DNA of 64,000 nt from an uncultured cyanobacterium (GCA_963744145.1 CAVUSO010000001.1:6336001-6400000), one strand, 5' to 3'. Positions 9,765 through 19,604 are shown, counted from the first letter of the stretch. Notes: generated from the sequence alone by a model not told the origin. Made by a program: numbers and translations.

Positions 9765-11306
9765 TTATTTCAGCATCTTGCTAATATCCACCAATAGTTC
9801 TCCGGCTGTTAATGCTGTTGGTGGTTTTATCATTGTGGATGGGGGTAATTTTTGGAGTAATTCCAAAGCGGTTTGACGCATTTTTCGGGATCGGGTTAGA
9901 TCTCCTTCGATTTCGTAGATAGAACTTAATTCTAAATAAGCGTAGATGGATGAAGGGGCTAGATAAATAATTCGTTTAAACAAAAGTTTTGCTTGCTCGA
10001 TCTTACCCTGTTCTTCGGCAATATGTGCTAATAGGTAATAAGGTGCTATGGACAGAGCATCTAAATTTAGTGCTAATTGACAATAGTAATGTGCTTTAAT
10101 ATATTCACCAAGATTTGCATAAGCTTGTGCTACTAAAGCATAAGCGTCAACATAATTTGGATCTAACTCGATCATTTTTTTAGCATTTTCGATCGCGGCT
10201 GGATAATCTTCATGTTGAAAAAACTGTTCAGTTTCAGCTAGAATGAGGTTTAGCGGTGAAACTGGATTTTCATTGGTTAAGTATTGAGGAGGTAAAACTC
10301 CTGAATTGAGTGGTTGAGAAACTGGGGTTTCTCCCAAAGATTGAATTGTTTTCGTTGGAGGAATTTGTGCAAATGGTAGGGTGGGATCAATAATTTGTTT
10401 GCTCAGATTTTTACTCTTGGTTAAACTCCCATTATTGAGATGAGAGTAAGATATTTCTGGTAACCAATTTTCCCGAAGTTGATAAATAATTGATTCAGCA
10501 AAAACTTTGGCTTCTAACTGACCCAGGTTTTGTCCGTGAAGTTCCGTGTGTCCTGTGATCAGATACCCTCCTGGTCTCAAGGTTTGCTGAAACTTTTTTA
10601 AAACTGTAGCGATCGCTTGATGCTCAAAGTAGATAAAAACATTACGACAGATAATTAAATCCATATTATGAATATCGATGGGATTAGGAAAGTAATCATG
10701 CACTAAATTACCATACCTAAATTTCACCATCTGACGAATTTTTTCATCAATTTGCCATAGGTTTTTTTGGTGATGAAAATATCGATTCTGTAAATCTGCA
10801 CCGACGAGACGAAATGACCAAGAATTATATATTCCCCGCTGGGCTTTTTCTAAAACTTCTACATTTATATCCGTACCAATAATAGTAATATTCCATTCTT
10901 GATGATTAGGAATTAACTCATTGAGCAAAATTGCTAAGGAGTATACTTCCTCTCCGGTAGAACATCCAGCACTCCAAATTCGTAGCGATCGCGCTTCTTT
11001 CTTGGTTTTAATTAGTTCTGGTAAAATCTGATTTTCCAGGAGTGTAAACTGTCCTCTATCTCGAAAAAAATAACTTTCTACAGTAGTTATTTGGATCTCT
11101 AAATCTTTCCATTCTTGTTCACTCTGATCAGTCTTTCCATCCAGCAAACCATAATATTCTTCTGGATTAGATATTTTTAATATTTTCATTCTCATCTCGA
11201 TTTTATTACATAATAATTCTCGATCTTGGGGGCGAATATATAAACCTGTGTGAGTCGATATCAATTGCCTAAAATTTTCGATTAATGCTTCTTTCATTGT
11301 CATCAA
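9765..11306 (-). CDS. cheR: CheR-type methyltransferase with C-terminal TPRs (WspC-like)
   Basis: ESYFFRD, IWSAGCSTGEE, IICRNVFIYF and GHTE motifs; TPR helices. Confidence 0.93.
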   Translation of the reverse strand: MMTMKEALIENFRQLISTHTGLYIRPQDRELLCNKIEMRMKILKISNPEEYYGLLDGKTDQSEQEWKDLEIQITTVESYFFRDRGQFTLLENQILPELIKTKKEARSLRIWSAGCSTGEEVYSLAILLNELIPNHQEWNITIIGTDINVEVLEKAQRGIYNSWSFRLVGADLQNRYFHHQKNLWQIDEKIRQMVKFRYGNLVHDYFPNPIDIHNMDLIICRNVFIYFEHQAIATVLKKFQQTLRPGGYLITGHTELHGQNLGQLEAKVFAESIIYQLRENWLPEISYSHLNNGSLTKSKNLSKQIIDPTLPFAQIPPTKTIQSLGETPVSQPLNSGVLPPQYLTNENPVSPLNLILAETEQFFQHEDYPAAIENAKKMIELDPNYVDAYALVAQAYANLGEYIKAHYYCQLALNLDALSIAPYYLLAHIAEEQGKIEQAKLLFKRIIYLAPSSIYAYLELSSIYEIEGDLTRSRKMRQTALELLQKLPPSTMIKPPTALTAGELLVDISKMLK

Positions 11307-11660
11307 ATTTATTTTAAGGGAGATAAAAGACGAAGAAAAAATAAAAATTTACCAAAAATCTTTAGGCCAGAAACATCAAAGATCATGATCCAAACTTGGG
11401 AAAGATATTTAGAGGCACCTCTTTAATTTCAGCCAACCATTTTCCCTAGAAAAGTTAATTAATTTGGTTTCACCTTTAACTTCATTATAACACAATACAG
11501 TTCAGTTAAGCTAGATCAGGCATATTTATGCTGACATTGGTTACTGATGCTTGTCTGCTCGTTTACTACAGTTAATACCAATTCTTAAAATCCTTAATTT
11601 TCAAATAATTCAATCATGATACCCCATTTAATACCTTTAATTTTCAAAATTTTACTTCAG

Positions 11661-14600
11661 TTATTTATCTTCATCAATAACACTTTTTAAATCTAAAGTC
11701 AATTGTCCAGGTTCTAAAAGCAATTCCTGTTGCACATAAACTACTTTGGCTTTAATCTCATCCATTGCTAACCATAAATTTAATAAGGCTTTTTCTTCAG
11801 GGATGCGTTTACGTTCGTCTCCGATGCGGGGGATAACTTTTAAGGCTATTTCCCAAGCTCGCATAAACCTATCATTGGTGATTAGTTCTGTGGCTTTCAT
11901 AAAACGGCGGATTGGTTCGATGGTTTGTTCTTGTTGATAAATAGCAATGATCGTGTGGAGTCCGTCAATCAGATAATGGGCAGAAAATTCATTGTCTACG
12001 ATCGAGAATGCGTGTTTTTTATAGCGTTGTTCAGGGCTGAGGAATTTACAAGTTCCGCTTTTGATGTCGAGGATTTTGTAACTTTTGCCTAGGTCAGCAA
12101 CATTGAAACCACCTACGGCTAGGGCAAGTTGTCGAGCGTCATCAAAGGGGAATTCGCGGGCGCGGAAAGCATCCCAAGCGAGGAAATACCATTGGCTAAC
12201 AGGGTCAAAACCCATGGTGTCAGTTTGAGCGAGTTTGCGGAAGCGGTAGTTAGCAACAGCTTTGCGAGCTTCAGCAAATGCAACTTCGGGGCGGACTTCG
12301 TTACCTGTACTATCAAGAACTGGCCAGGAGCGGGAAAAGACATTGAGAGCGGGACCAAAGGCACTGAGATAGAGATCGATCCCTTGAATATCATTGTCTT
12401 CAAATTCTGGGGCGCGTTGTTCGACTAGATTGGAGACTTCGGGGCGGAGGTCATCCCACCAGGCTTGTTCGGCGTTGGGGTCGCGTTTGCGGCACACAAG
12501 TAATACTGTACTAGCGACGGAGTTCTTTTGGGCTTGGTGGAGGTTTTGCGGGTTTTCGGTGCTGACTGACCATGATGCGGTGATCTCAAAGCCTGCATTA
12601 ATTAAGGAATATGCTAGGGTATCCCATGCTCCTGATTCTTTGTGATTGAATTGCACAGTCATTACCCCATCTTCTCGTAAGACGCGATGATATTCGGCAA
12701 ATGCCATTGCCATTTTTGCTTCATAATCTTGGTTAGCGAGTTCTTCGGGGGATACTCCCATATTGCGAAAGCGTGAGGGATTGGCTACGGCTTCGCGATC
12801 TTTGTCGGTGAGTTCCATCCAGAAGAGATCGGGGAAGATATCGCCGAGGGTGCGTTTTTGCCAAACATAGAAAAAATCTGATAGTTCAGCGTATTGGATG
12901 GTTGCGTAATAAGGTGGATCTGTGATAATTACATCTACTGAGTTATCAGAAATATGAGAAAGGTTATCAGCAGAAGCGGAGAAAATTTCAAGAGAATTTG
13001 TCCTTGTGGGTCGGGCATCTTGCCCGACATTTCCGATGACATTTCCCCTATCCTCAAACAAATCATTATTTGTTAATAGTTGTTCATTAGTTTCAGCAAT
13101 TGACAGGCTAGAAGCCTGTCCCACAATTTGAGATTGCCATAGGAAAACATAATCTTCAGGGGTTAGAGATAAACTGGCTTTTACAGGATTTTGCCTGATA
13201 TATTCCCAAGTATTAAAAAACTCTCTTTCATCTCGAATAATTCGATCATATCGGCGATCCTGCCAAACAGTACCAATATGATTCATCACCTTTGAAATTT
13301 GTTTAGCTGTATAGCTTTTAATACTGTGTAAAATATTTGCTGATGTCCAATATTCTCCCTCATTTTTTGATAATGGTTCCAACAATAAATGCACATGGTC
13401 AGGCATAACCACTGCACAGTATAACTGATATCTTTGATCATTAAAGAATCGACAAGCATCTAAAACAATTTGTCTAGCTTCAAGTGTTAACTCAATTCTC
13501 TCAATCGTATTGAAAGTAATAAAGTATATAGAACCATTCAGTTCCCAGTGTGGAAGTGTACCCCAATTGCTGTAAGTAATTTTCAAGTTTGGATTTAGAT
13601 ATATTTCATCATCATCATTCCTTGTGGGTCGGGCATCCTGCCCGACATTTCCACCATCATCATTAACAATCAAACTGCCATTAATAACTAAATTATTGTT
13701 ATGAGTAGCTAATTTGTTATGATCATTGGTAATTGACAGGCTAGAAGCCTGTCCCACAAAATTAAGATTAAAAAGTATTCTGTTATCCTCCGTACCTAGC
13801 AAATTACAAAGATTTTGATAATCTGAGGCAAAAGCATCAGCACAGGAATTCCAGAGTTCACCTTTCCCACTAATTTCTGGATAATTCCACATTAAGTTTA
13901 ATGAGTGTTGTGCAGATGCTGTCTTAGAGCCGGCTCTTGAGGAATCCCAATGGGCTAACCTACAATTCGTGTCAGCACAACGATCTAATACTAACCCTAA
14001 ATAAGTGGCGATCGCCTCAACTTTATTCTGATAGTATAATTCAATATTTGCGATCGCCCTCTGGATATCCTCTACTTCTGGATTAGATTTTAATTTGGCG
14101 ATCACTGTTTCTTTTTCTTCTTCACATTCATCCTGAATTAGTGATTTTGCTTCATTGATAATTTCTAAATATGTAACAAGAGTTAAAAGTTGGCGAGAAT
14201 TGAAATAATCTAGGCTTTTTGCTAAACCATAAGCAATACATCTATCTGAAAAACCATCAAATCTTTCTTCTACTGGCAAAATTCCACTTGCTTTTAAATA
14301 ATCTAACTTCTCATTCAAATAAATTACTACTTTATTAATTCCGTCAATATCGATCTGAGTTGGTATTCTAAAATCTAAACTAGCTTTGCCTTTACGATAG
14401 GCTACAGCATACAAATGATGTCTAAAATTACCCGCCAAAGCTTGAGATTTAATTACATCATCTTCGATCACATTGTCGCAATTAGGACATCTACCAACGC
14501 CCCGACCAATAGTAGTTGTTGTATCCGGATCATATTCTCCATCATCAGTTTGAATAGTTGTTCCTTTTCCCTTCTTCCCCTTCACCAATTCAAAATCAAC

Positions 14601-15341
14601 CCGCTTATTCTCAGGGTTAGGAATTGGCTTGACTGCACACCATTTATGTAAATTCTGCTTTTCTGGACGTTTATATAACCACCAATTCGGACTCAAAGGT
14701 ACAACCGATTCACAATTCGGACAAACCACCGTATGTGCCCACAGATAATTCTGTACAGTTTCCCCAGGTAAAGAAGGGAAAAACTCCGCTAATCTTTTCT
14801 CGGCTTCATCACCTACCCACTTCACCCATTGATCAATATCCTGCTGCAAATCCGGTCCAAACTTTAGGGGATATTCCATCGCAGCTTTCATCGTCACAAC
14901 AGCGACAGGATTCAGATCCGATGCTAATACATTAAACCCATATCTTGCTGCTTCAAAGGGAATACTCCCACCCCCCGCAAACGCATCTAAAACTGTAGGT
15001 GTACGAGTTCCCCACAATTTTTCACAATAATCCTGCACCTTTTTAATTCTCAATTTACCAGGAGGTGTTTTATACAACTTAATATCAGGATCTGGTTTCA
15101 AACCTTCTTGTTCTGGGTACAAACCTAACAGATATTTAAACTCCTCCATTGTTACATCCCCAGGTAACAAGGAAGCTAACACACTGGCTCGACTAAAGGA
15201 CAAAGGTTTGCGCGAATACCACCGATGTAAACCCTTAAACGGATTACCCCCATGTTCGTAATATACCTGCTCGTTGAGTAACTTCACGGGCATAATTTTT
15301 TCAATAAAAACTTGAGGACGGTGGGAACTAGAGTTAGTCAT
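11661..15341 (-). CDS. DUF1156-domain DNA (adenine) methyltransferase with an in-frame internal RAYT transposase domain
   Basis: LHRWYSRKPL (DUF1156), LDAFAGGGSIPFEA (motif I), CPNC..CPNC Zn ribbon, ITDPPYY (motif IV); internal MPDHVH / WQDRRYDRIIRDE / YIRQNPVKA. Confidence 0.92.
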   Translation of the reverse strand: MTNSSSHRPQVFIEKIMPVKLLNEQVYYEHGGNPFKGLHRWYSRKPLSFSRASVLASLLPGDVTMEEFKYLLGLYPEQEGLKPDPDIKLYKTPPGKLRIKKVQDYCEKLWGTRTPTVLDAFAGGGSIPFEAARYGFNVLASDLNPVAVVTMKAAMEYPLKFGPDLQQDIDQWVKWVGDEAEKRLAEFFPSLPGETVQNYLWAHTVVCPNCESVVPLSPNWWLYKRPEKQNLHKWCAVKPIPNPENKRVDFELVKGKKGKGTTIQTDDGEYDPDTTTTIGRGVGRCPNCDNVIEDDVIKSQALAGNFRHHLYAVAYRKGKASLDFRIPTQIDIDGINKVVIYLNEKLDYLKASGILPVEERFDGFSDRCIAYGLAKSLDYFNSRQLLTLVTYLEIINEAKSLIQDECEEEKETVIAKLKSNPEVEDIQRAIANIELYYQNKVEAIATYLGLVLDRCADTNCRLAHWDSSRAGSKTASAQHSLNLMWNYPEISGKGELWNSCADAFASDYQNLCNLLGTEDNRILFNLNFVGQASSLSITNDHNKLATHNNNLVINGSLIVNDDGGNVGQDARPTRNDDDEIYLNPNLKITYSNWGTLPHWELNGSIYFITFNTIERIELTLEARQIVLDACRFFNDQRYQLYCAVVMPDHVHLLLEPLSKNEGEYWTSANILHSIKSYTAKQISKVMNHIGTVWQDRRYDRIIRDEREFFNTWEYIRQNPVKASLSLTPEDYVFLWQSQIVGQASSLSIAETNEQLLTNNDLFEDRGNVIGNVGQDARPTRTNSLEIFSASADNLSHISDNSVDVIITDPPYYATIQYAELSDFFYVWQKRTLGDIFPDLFWMELTDKDREAVANPSRFRNMGVSPEELANQDYEAKMAMAFAEYHRVLREDGVMTVQFNHKESGAWDTLAYSLINAGFEITASWSVSTENPQNLHQAQKNSVASTVLLVCRKRDPNAEQAWWDDLRPEVSNLVEQRAPEFEDNDIQGIDLYLSAFGPALNVFSRSWPVLDSTGNEVRPEVAFAEARKAVANYRFRKLAQTDTMGFDPVSQWYFLAWDAFRAREFPFDDARQLALAVGGFNVADLGKSYKILDIKSGTCKFLSPEQRYKKHAFSIVDNEFSAHYLIDGLHTIIAIYQQEQTIEPIRRFMKATELITNDRFMRAWEIALKVIPRIGDERKRIPEEKALLNLWLAMDEIKAKVVYVQQELLLEPGQLTLDLKSVIDEDK
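13006..13124. repeat. REP doublet A (inverted pair of GTGG-hairpin REPs)
   Basis: GTGG-GTCGGGCA-TCT-TGCCCGAC at 13006-13028 and GACAGGCT-AGA-AGCCTGTC-CCAC at 13102-13124. Confidence 0.92.
13624..13757. repeat. REP doublet B
   Basis: GTGG-GTCGGGCA-TCC-TGCCCGAC at 13624-13646 and GACAGGCT-AGA-AGCCTGTC-CCAC at 13735-13757. Confidence 0.92.
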
Positions 15342-15541
15342 AATTAATTTTCGAGTAAGTGAAGTAAAAAGAAATTACCCCTTGACTTTCCTGGGTAATT
15401 GCTATACTATAGCATCATGGGAATCTGTGCCGACCTATAAAGTAAGTTAAATTTAGTAAAATAATAATTTATCCTGATTTTGATCGTCATCTACCAGAAA
15501 ATATCATCAACGATTTGAGCAATCCAACTCCACCTCAAACT

Positions 15542-15798
15542 TCTGAAGAATTAGGCTGGTCTTCGGTTTTTTTTGAATAGATGAACCACCAAGGCACCAA
15601 GGCACTAAGGTTAGGAAGTTTGGTCCGATCGCTTCTTCGTGTCTTGGTGTCTTGGTGGTAAAAATCTCATGACTGTTACCTCTGAAGAATTAGGCTGGTC
15701 TTCTGGTTTTTTTTGAACAGACAGCAGGATGTTTAGCTGATGAGCTATTGGTGCGATATCCCCAAGGTGAATATGAGATCAGAGAGGAAATCGAATGA
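15542..15798 (+). pseudogene. Remnant of a small putative antitoxin-like gene with a 36-bp duplication around an inverted repeat
   Basis: Direct repeats at 15542-15577 and 15681-15717; broken peptide EELGWSSGFF/EQTAGCLADELLVRYPQGEYEIREEIE. Confidence 0.5.
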
Positions 15799-15817
15799 TT
15801 TACAGAGGATTTCTATA

Positions 15818-15958
15818 TTGATGAAGTACAGTAAGATTGTGGGACAGGCATCTTGCCTGTCAGTCAGTTAAAGTCGATTGTGATTGATCTGTGTTGGTTG
15901 GGCGGGTTTATGATGGTGATCGGTTTGTCACAAAATTAATTGGTGAACCCGCCCCTAC
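15818..15958 (+). repeat. Composite REP/MITE-like repeat, copy 2, with an intact GTGG REP at 15839-15861
   Basis: GTGG-GACAGGCA-TCT-TGCCTGTC plus GGGCGGGTTT...AACCCGCCCCTAC. Confidence 0.87.
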
Positions 15959-16300
15959 AAATCCCGGTTAATTGTAATCATAAATTTATCGACCATCTAT
16001 TATGATCATCTAATTTAATCTTGATGGTCTGGGAATTATTCCCTTGGTCATACAATTGCACCGCCCAACCTTACAGATCACATGGATGAATCCACCCCAT
16101 CTGACTAACGGAGATGGTTAAAATTTAATATATTTATTTTGTCTATAGCTTTGAAACAGAGAAAGAGTATAGCGATCGATCATAACTCCCGAATTTTCAT
16201 AAATTGCAGCGATCGCACATTCAAATTCAATCCTAGCAAACTGCACCAGATCACCAACGACCTGGGGTGTTAATTCCCACTTGCTCTGCTAGTCAGAATT

Positions 16301-17770
16301 TTAATAATTAGGATCAGACTGAGGGAGTTGAGGTTGAGGTGCTTCAGGAATTAGACGTGCTACTGCTTGCTTTACAAAAGACTGTAAAAAAGCTACTTTT
16401 TCGTTTTGCTGAAAAACTTTTTGCACAGTTTCACCCAATTTCTTTAAGTTTAAACCACTAGATTCTGGGCTATTTACATCCTGTGCTTGGAAATATTCAA
16501 TTAAACTTAATCCTGCTAATCGAGTTAAATAAGCAGCACTGATTCCCTGGGCTAATCCACCGGCTACATAGGTAATTGCATTACTTTTTAATATACTGCT
16601 AATGGTTTGAGTTGAAAGTTCTACTAACCCTAATTGTAACATTAATTTACCCAATGTTACCGCTAAAGTTTGGGCTTGTTGGAGGGAAAATTTTTGGTGA
16701 TAAATCCCACCTAAATCAACCACTAATTGAGCATTAATTGCTGCTGTTGCTAATAAATCTAGGGCTGGAAATGGATTAGCAAAAGCTGTAGCTGCGGCAA
16801 TCCATTGTGATTGTTCAATGATTGGTAGAGCCCGATCGCGTCGCACTCCATTTAATACTAACTTGACTTCAGCTTGGGTAGTTTGAGCAGCACGTAAGGT
16901 GGTAGACCAAACTAATTTTTGACCTACACTATTCAGAATTTGAGTTAAGCGATGAGTAAGTTCTTTAATCTCTGGGGTGGGTTGTTCTAACCATTCTTTT
17001 ACGCTCCGATCGGGTTGATGTTGCATAACTTTACGCGGATCGGGTAAAGTCGCGATCGCCACTACATCGGACTCATCAATTATTCCCTTAACTCGCTGTT
17101 TGAGTTGCTGTAAGATGATGGTGCGTTCGGTCGGTAAATATTGATCTTGCTTATTAAACACTAAGACTATATGCACCGCAATTTGGGCGAGTTTCTGTAA
17201 GATTTGATATTCAGGTTCAGTTAAATCTCCATTAACTACAAATAAGACTAAATCCGAGGCGATCGCCAGATCCAGGACTTCTTTTTCTGCGGTCATTTCC
17301 CCATCATCACTGACAAATAATGATGGTGCTTCCTGAAAAATGAGGGGTGTTTTTTGTCTTGCACCTGTCAACAGTTTTAGCAAGGTACTTTTACCGACTG
17401 ATTTACCACCAATAATCCCCAGACGTAGCTCAATTCGCTCTAATTCAGTTGTAATTTGGGCAATTGTCTCTTGGAATTTCCCATTAGCATCAAAACCGGG
17501 TGTTTCTGCTTCCAGCAGTGCGATCGTCTTGGTTGTTTCTTTAATTGCTTGTTCTACTGTAGTTCGTTCGATCAACTGGGGTGATGATAGTAGTTCCATT
17601 TGGGTAGTCTGTTGTTTCGACCACCAGATCACTGTCCCAATGGCGATCGCACCCAATACCAGGATCTCGTCCAGATTCTCGATGGAGTTATGTAAACTCT
17701 CCCATATCCATAATGCAATCGATATACCAATTCCACCAATTAAAATGGGTCGTCGCCAGGTTAGAGTCAT
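16301..17770 (-). CDS. YcjF/DUF697 family protein with a degenerate GTPase domain
   Basis: GGKSVGKS P-loop, VFNKQD, and ANPFPALDLLATAAINAQL. Confidence 0.85.
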   Translation of the reverse strand: MTLTWRRPILIGGIGISIALWIWESLHNSIENLDEILVLGAIAIGTVIWWSKQQTTQMELLSSPQLIERTTVEQAIKETTKTIALLEAETPGFDANGKFQETIAQITTELERIELRLGIIGGKSVGKSTLLKLLTGARQKTPLIFQEAPSLFVSDDGEMTAEKEVLDLAIASDLVLFVVNGDLTEPEYQILQKLAQIAVHIVLVFNKQDQYLPTERTIILQQLKQRVKGIIDESDVVAIATLPDPRKVMQHQPDRSVKEWLEQPTPEIKELTHRLTQILNSVGQKLVWSTTLRAAQTTQAEVKLVLNGVRRDRALPIIEQSQWIAAATAFANPFPALDLLATAAINAQLVVDLGGIYHQKFSLQQAQTLAVTLGKLMLQLGLVELSTQTISSILKSNAITYVAGGLAQGISAAYLTRLAGLSLIEYFQAQDVNSPESSGLNLKKLGETVQKVFQQNEKVAFLQSFVKQAVARLIPEAPQPQLPQSDPNY

Positions 17771-17846
17771 AATCTTAAATTTAGCAGCGCTGTTGACTTC
17801 TATTTTAAACTGGCAGAGCTAATTAGCGTTGTTTTTTTTCCTAACT

Positions 17847-17884
17847 AAAAAGCCCTACAACCGGATTTGGTTGTAAGGCTTTTT
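17847..17884. terminator. Rho-independent terminator downstream of the tRNA
   Basis: AAAAAGCCCTACAACC-GGATT-TGGTTGTAAGGCTTTTT hairpin with flanking A and T tracts. Confidence 0.8.
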
Positions 17885-17895
17885 CATCTGTAATT

Positions 17896-17972
<77 letters not shown>

Positions 17973-18061
17973 TTGTTTTCCTTCGCTTTATCTAGTATAA
18001 ACACAACTTCCTCAGATTGGCAACCCCTAATCAGAAAATAATTTACTTTTTTTTCCTGGAG

Positions 18062-19039
18062 CTACAACATGGACAATTCACCGATTACTTCTAAACGTTT
18101 GAACTTACTCAAACTTACAAAAGTTTCAGCCAAAGTCTCAGCGATCGCAGGGGTCAACCAACCCATCTGCTTGAGCAAGTAAATCGCGACAGCATATTTA
18201 GCCCGTTTGGCTCCATCAATTACCTTAATGGCTAATCCCATCCCTTCTCCGACCCTACCAATACACTGAATTCCTTCTGCACCTGACTTACTGACCAATT
18301 CACCTTCACTTAAACGCATCAATAGGGTATCAAATTCTCCTTCTCCAGCGATCATCGCCGGATGATGGGTCATTGCCCTGACAATCCGCTCCATATCCAA
18401 ATTATTCCCAGAGGCTAATTGAGCATATAAATTCGCCATTTGCCCAAGTTGCATGAAATAAGTAGGGGCACCACAGTCATCATGGGCACAGATAAATTCT
18501 TCTGCGGGCATTCGTAGTAATTCCGCAATTTTGCCTAAAATCAACTTCTGAACCGGATGATTTTTATGTAAATAATTATTAAGTGGCCAATTACGTTGCT
18601 TACAAACAGCTAGCATCCCAGCGTGTTTGCCAGAGCAATTATATTCCAGACTACTGCGTTTGCCTTCAGGAATCGGACATTGGAGGACTGAAGGGTCAAT
18701 ATCAGCACGCCAAAGCACATTAAAAGCTTGTCTGACCTGTGGTGTTGTTCCTAAATGGGAACTACAGATAATGGCCAAATCTCTATCGGTCAGGTTATAG
18801 CGTTCAAGAGTGCCCGTAGTAGTTACAGCCAACGCTTGAAAAGGTTTAAGTGCTGAACGGACGAAGGCGGCAGTTTCGGCGTTACCTGCAACTGATAGGA
18901 CCCGTCCTCGCTGGTCAGAGACGACTGCTTGGACTTGGTGTTTGGATTCAATTATGCCTTCCCGCAATAGTCTGACTTCTAATTCTGCGGCTTGAGTTCG
19001 TTTTCCCATTGTCATGTTTATGACTTTAACATCCTTCAA
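18062..19039 (-). CDS. L-asparaginase II family protein
   Basis: RSALKPFQ, NCSGKHAGML, DDCGAP and SKSGAEG motifs; true start may lie slightly downstream. Confidence 0.93.
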   Translation of the reverse strand: MKDVKVINMTMGKRTQAAELEVRLLREGIIESKHQVQAVVSDQRGRVLSVAGNAETAAFVRSALKPFQALAVTTTGTLERYNLTDRDLAIICSSHLGTTPQVRQAFNVLWRADIDPSVLQCPIPEGKRSSLEYNCSGKHAGMLAVCKQRNWPLNNYLHKNHPVQKLILGKIAELLRMPAEEFICAHDDCGAPTYFMQLGQMANLYAQLASGNNLDMERIVRAMTHHPAMIAGEGEFDTLLMRLSEGELVSKSGAEGIQCIGRVGEGMGLAIKVIDGAKRAKYAVAIYLLKQMGWLTPAIAETLAETFVSLSKFKRLEVIGELSML

Positions 19040-19065
19040 GGACAGGAGAAAGGAGAGCTAAAAAA

Positions 19066-19596
19066 TTAATTTTTATTACCAACGCTCAAAAGCTGGTAAG
19101 AGAGTAAACTCCAACTGAAACCACTCACCAAAATGAATATGGTTAAAATTTTCAAAGTGTGATTTAGTCTTTGGAGTAGGGGTTGGATTTGATAGGTAAC
19201 GATGAGTTGATCTTGAGCTAGAACTTCGGGCGGTTTCACCCAAATTTGACCATCATACCAACCTGATTCTTCATATATTACCGTCGGACTACGGAGGCGA
19301 TCGCCCACATAGCGCCAGCCTAAATATAGACGCAATAGAGCTAACCCCAAAATTACTGTTGTGCCCGCAGCACCACTGAGGAAAAACCGCAATGGGTATT
19401 TCAGGGGAGGAAAACTCGCTGCGGTTACTGGACTGATCAATAACCAACTCACACTCCAAATTCCCAGGATTTTGGTGACATAAGTCCTTAGTGCTAGAGC
19501 CGTCCAACCAAAACAACAGGATTCTTTTAATTCTTGGTATTCATTAATCGGACGTTGTTCAGGTGGAACTGGGCATACTTTCACAGAAGCATCCAT
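19066..19596 (-). CDS. CGLD27/Ycf36 (DUF1230) family protein
   Basis: CPVPPEQRPINEY and YEESGWYDGQIWVKP motifs. Confidence 0.93.
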   Translation of the reverse strand: MDASVKVCPVPPEQRPINEYQELKESCCFGWTALALRTYVTKILGIWSVSWLLISPVTAASFPPLKYPLRFFLSGAAGTTVILGLALLRLYLGWRYVGDRLRSPTVIYEESGWYDGQIWVKPPEVLAQDQLIVTYQIQPLLQRLNHTLKILTIFILVSGFSWSLLSYQLLSVGNKN

Positions 19597-19604
19597 GATC
19601 GTTG

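Larger units (their letters stand above)
13002..13759 (-). mobile_element. RAYT cassette: REP doublet - HUH/Y1 tyrosine transposase domain - REP doublet
   Basis: LPHW..G..YFITF start, HUH motif DHVH, catalytic Tyr in YIRQNP; four GTGG-hairpin REPs. Confidence 0.9.

Noticed and set aside
13002..13759. Insert as an intein or group I/II intron
   Set aside because: No Cys/Ser start with His-Asn end, no LAGLIDADG or RT motifs; the motifs are HUH/Y1
11746..14935. Several short ORFs antisense to or overlapping the DUF1156 gene
   Set aside because: Shadow ORFs of a well-supported CDS
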